From the human T2T-CHM13v2.0 reference genome, Homo sapiens, in assembly GCF_009914755.1 (NCBI RefSeq), contig NC_060943.1: a stretch of 64,000 nt of DNA; one strand, 5' to 3'. Below the pieces are notes generated by a model. The model was not told the DNA's origin. It did not search any database and saw nothing but the letters and a program-made list of their open reading frames with translations. Made by a program: the position numbers and the translations under genes. Shown one piece after another: positions 52,010 to 64,000 of the stretch; position 1 is the first letter of the stretch, and each line of letters starts with the position of its first letter.

Positions 52010-52310
52010 CATTTTAATTTTCTTTTTGAGATGGGTTTTACTCTGTCACCCAGGCTGGAGTGTAGTAGCACAATCTTGGCTCACTGCAACCTCTGCCTTC
52101 CAGGCTAAAGCGATCTTTTTATTTCAGCCTCCCGAGTGGCTAAGACTATAGGTGTGCACCACCACATTTAGCTTTTTTAATATGTATTTTTTGTAGAGAT
52201 GGGGTTTGCCATGTTGCCCAGGCTAGTCTCAAACTCCTGACCTCAGGGGATCCACCTGCCTCAGCCTCCCAAAGTGCTGGGATTGCAGCTGTGAGCCACC
52301 ACCCCTGGCC
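52010..52310 (-). mobile_element. Alu (J/S)
   Basis: Alu dimer. Confidence 0.88.
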
Positions 52311-52827
52311 GGCCATCTTAATTACTTCATTTACACCGTGACTGTTCAGGAGTATGTTGTTTAAATTCTTTGTAAATTTATAGTTTCTGAAATTTCTCTT
52401 GATATTGATTTGTAGTTTTATTCTCCTGTGATCTAAGTAGGTAGTTGATATAATTGTGATTTATGGGGGTACTTTGTTGATTTGCCAATTTCCTATCTCA
52501 ATGGTCTCTCTGATGCTGTGAGTAGAATGTTGAATTTCTCCACTATCATTGTGTTACTATCTCTTTCTATAGGTTTAATAATATTTCTATTTAAAATCTG
52601 GGTGCTTTGATGTTGGGTGCATAGATATTTAGAATTGTTATATCTTTTTGCTGAAAAGATTTCTTTATTATTGGATGATTACCTTCTTTACCCTTTTTGT
52701 TGCACTTTTTATTTAAAGTGTTTTATTTGATATACATACAGATACTCCTGTTTGCTTTTGGTTTCTGTTTCTGTTGATATCTTTCCTCCCTTATTTTTAA
52801 TCTATATGTGTCTTACAAGTAAGGTGA

Positions 52828-53226
<399 letters not shown>

Positions 53227-53402
53227 ATGGTTAATATTAATATTAACATGTAGGTTTTGTTACTATCATAATGTTAATTATTTTGTTTTTTTTTTCATCT
53301 ATCTTTCTGGTTTAATAAAATTCTGTCATGTTGTGATTTGATTTATTTCTTTTTGTCTTTTGTTTTATAAGACCTGTTAGTTTTATACTTTTGTATGTTT
53401 TA

Positions 53403-53783
<381 letters not shown>

Positions 53784-55089
53784 CTAGTGGTAATTAGTTT
53801 CCCCAGCATTTATTTGTCAGGGTAAGACTATTTCTTCTTCATTTGTGAAGGTTAATTTACCTTGATGTAAAATTTTTGGCTGGCACTTTTATTTCAACAC
53901 TCTCTAAGTGCCATTCCATTATCTTCTGGCCAGTAAAGTTTCTGTTGAGAAGTGTGCTTTTAGTCTGATGTGGTTTTCTTTATAAATGACTAGATGCTTT
54001 TCTTTTGCTGATTTTATAATTAGTTATTTCATTTCGACTTTAGAAATTCTGGTTATCATGTGCCATGATGAAGTCTGTTTTGCAATTTATTTTACTGGTG
54101 ATTGCTGAGCTTCCTGTATATGTATGTCTAATTCTATTGCTAGACTTGGAAATTTTTCATCATTTATTTTCTTAAATAGGTTTTCTAAACTTTTTCATGT
54201 TTTTTTCTTTCTAAGAAACACTGATAATTTTTATGTTTAGTCACTTTATGTAGTCAGAAACATCTCAAAGTTTTCGTTCGTTTTTTAAAATTCTTCTTAG
54301 TTTTGTCTGAGTAGATTATTTTAAAAGACCCATTTAAAGGTCTGAAAATTCTGTTTATGCCTTTTCAGTCTACTATTGGATCATTGAATGTATTTTCTTT
54401 TTCCTTCAGTAAATCTTTCAGTTCCATAATTTTGTTTTGGTTTCTTTTAAAAGATATTTATCTCCTTGGCACATTTCCCATTCATACTCTAAATTTATTT
54501 ATTTATTTTTGTATTGGTTTTTAGATTTCTTTTGCATCTCTTTGAGCTTCTTTAAAATCTATATTTTGAAGCCTTCTAAAAGTCTTTTAAAGTCCTTTCA
54601 ATTATTTTTTTTTTCTTGGAATACTGGAGAATTATTGTGTTCCTTTGAAAGTGTCATAAACCTTGCTTTTCTGTGTTTTCTCTGTCTTTATGTGTCTTTA
54701 TATTGATTTCTGCACATCTGGAGAAACAGTTGTTTCATTTTTTTAAATTTACATTCACTGGAGGAAGCTTTTTTTTTTGTTTTTTGAAGTTATTACCATG
54801 ATGTTTATCACATAGAACCATTTGGCTTTAATTTTGGATTTGTGCAGAGGGAAAGACTGGATAAGTTTCTTGAGTATAAACAAATATATACACACACACA
54901 CACACACACAGAAACATGTTTCTGTGTGTGTGTGTATATATACACACACATATATATATATATATATATCACAAATTTTGGCTTAGGAGTCATCTTTTCT
55001 CTTAGGTTGATTTTTAATTCTAACTCCCAGAAAACAATTAATTTATCTTTGTTTTATTTGTCATTGAGGCCCAGCAAACCTGAAGTAAA

Positions 55090-55258
55090 AGGGTGAGAAG
55101 GTAGGGTGGGTGCTGGATAATGAGAAATTACTTAAGGGTTATAATGTAAATTATTTGAATGATGGATACCCTAAAAGCCCTGACTTCGCCACTATGCAGT
55201 CTATGCATGTAACTAAATTACATTTGTACACAACACTTTTGTAAAAATAAATTAAAAA
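55090..55258 (+). mobile_element. L1MA-like 3' end fragment
   Basis: gatggataccctaaaagccctgacttc..actatgca..ctatgcatgtaac followed by an A-rich end. Confidence 0.65.
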
Positions 55259-55332
55259 GAACAACTAGAGTTTGCTATCTTGCTTATTCATACATACAAA
55301 TACATCATAAATGTTTCCCATGACATTATTAT

Positions 55333-62178
<6,846 letters not shown>

Positions 62179-62232
62179 GTATGTTAAAACTCATTAATTT
62201 ATTAGTTAAAATTGCTTTATTAATAAATATAG

Positions 62233-62526
<294 letters not shown>

Positions 62527-62682
62527 AAAATATAGCACATTTTAAAGACCACTGATGCACAGTGCAAAAACTGCCATATATGAATATGACATCAAATTAT
62601 ACTTCCAGTAACAGTGTTAGGAAAGGTCTTGTTACCCTACACTAACTATTTATGAATAGTTTAATGGAATATGCTGTTTTAA

Positions 62683-63037
<355 letters not shown>

Positions 63038-64000
63038 TGACATCTCATTATTTTAATATGAATTTTAGTAACTATTAGGTAACTTGTTTTTATATATGTT
63101 TAGTGTACTACTTTTTGAATTGCCTAGTCATGGCTTCTGCTTATTTTGCTATTAAATTATTTAACTTTTTACTGATTTATATAAGCTTTTGCTATCCACA
63201 TTATAGTAATAAGTTGTCTAAAATTATTTTACATGTATCTTCATTCAGCTCCCAGAGTCCATCTTCAATGCTTTTGATAGAAAAGGAGTTCCTCCCTTCT
63301 AAAGATGTCTACTCTTAGTTTAAATATGTACCAATTAGTAATACACAATTAGGGAAGTTTAAACACTGTCTAATTAAATTTGATTTGGGGAAAATAAATG
63401 TTCTCACCTTTCCATTTTTATTTAACCATGTGTAAGAAGGCAGCCTATACATTCTGGGGTAAAAAGTCTCTTTTTAAAAAGAGAAAATGTATTCTATCAA
63501 AGAGGGTACCAAATTCCAAGTTTGCACTGCACTTTGCTGAACACCTTGTATTTTTTCAAGCTTAAACTTTCTAAAAGGTTAGCAGTATTCTCTGTGAAAC
63601 ACAGAGCTGCTCACATTGCAGCCCTGCTCCAAAACATTTGGTGGTTCATAACAGCCTGCAAAGCTGAGCCCCCATCCATGTTTCTAAGGCCAACATCTCT
63701 TAACATCCCAAATCTATACGACACTCCCAAAGTATATTCTTTTGTCAAACTCCACTTCTTGTCCTACCCTGTCCTTAAATAAGCCTCATATTTTTATACT
63801 TCATGTCCTGTACTTAAACTGCTTTTTTGCCTAGATGTACATTTTTCTTTTCCCACATTCTTCTTCTCCACATGGAAAACGTGCACATTTGTGAGTATCA
63901 CCTTTACTCTCTACTGCAACTTCTCACTTGCCAGTTCTCCACTTGTTCTTGCTGGTTGTAAGGCACTGATGAATTTTAGAACTGGAACCATATTATATCC

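Overview
This is primate, almost certainly human, repeat-dense genomic DNA from a ZNF91-family KRAB zinc-finger cluster. The spliced protein matches ZNF254 as I recall it (19p12). The + strand carries its KRAB-A exon (14128-14254), KRAB-B exon (14736-14831) and zinc-finger exon (CDS 34443-36169, 13 intact C2H2 fingers); exon 1 lies upstream of the window. A decayed KRAB-A/B pseudogene follows at 49205-49947. The rest is Alu, L1 and LTR sequence. The most unusual structure is a ~7 kb compound L1PA3-type locus in intron 3 (19038-26046), enclosed by one 15-bp TSD. It consists of a minus-strand L1 with an intact 5'UTR and a 75-bp 3' transduction, plus a second, oppositely oriented L1 3' segment inside it. 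Together they form a ~1.78 kb inverted repeat with a 1.15 kb spacer, and the inner arms are nearly identical. Its open ORF0 has a splice donor in frame with the ZNF254 finger exon, which predicts a KRAB-less ORF0-ZNF254 fusion. A full-length L1 at 55708-61894 shares non-canonical variants, including the same 4-nt ORF2 frameshift. Repeat family names come from recalled consensus sequences, not database searches, and mismatch counts are by eye.
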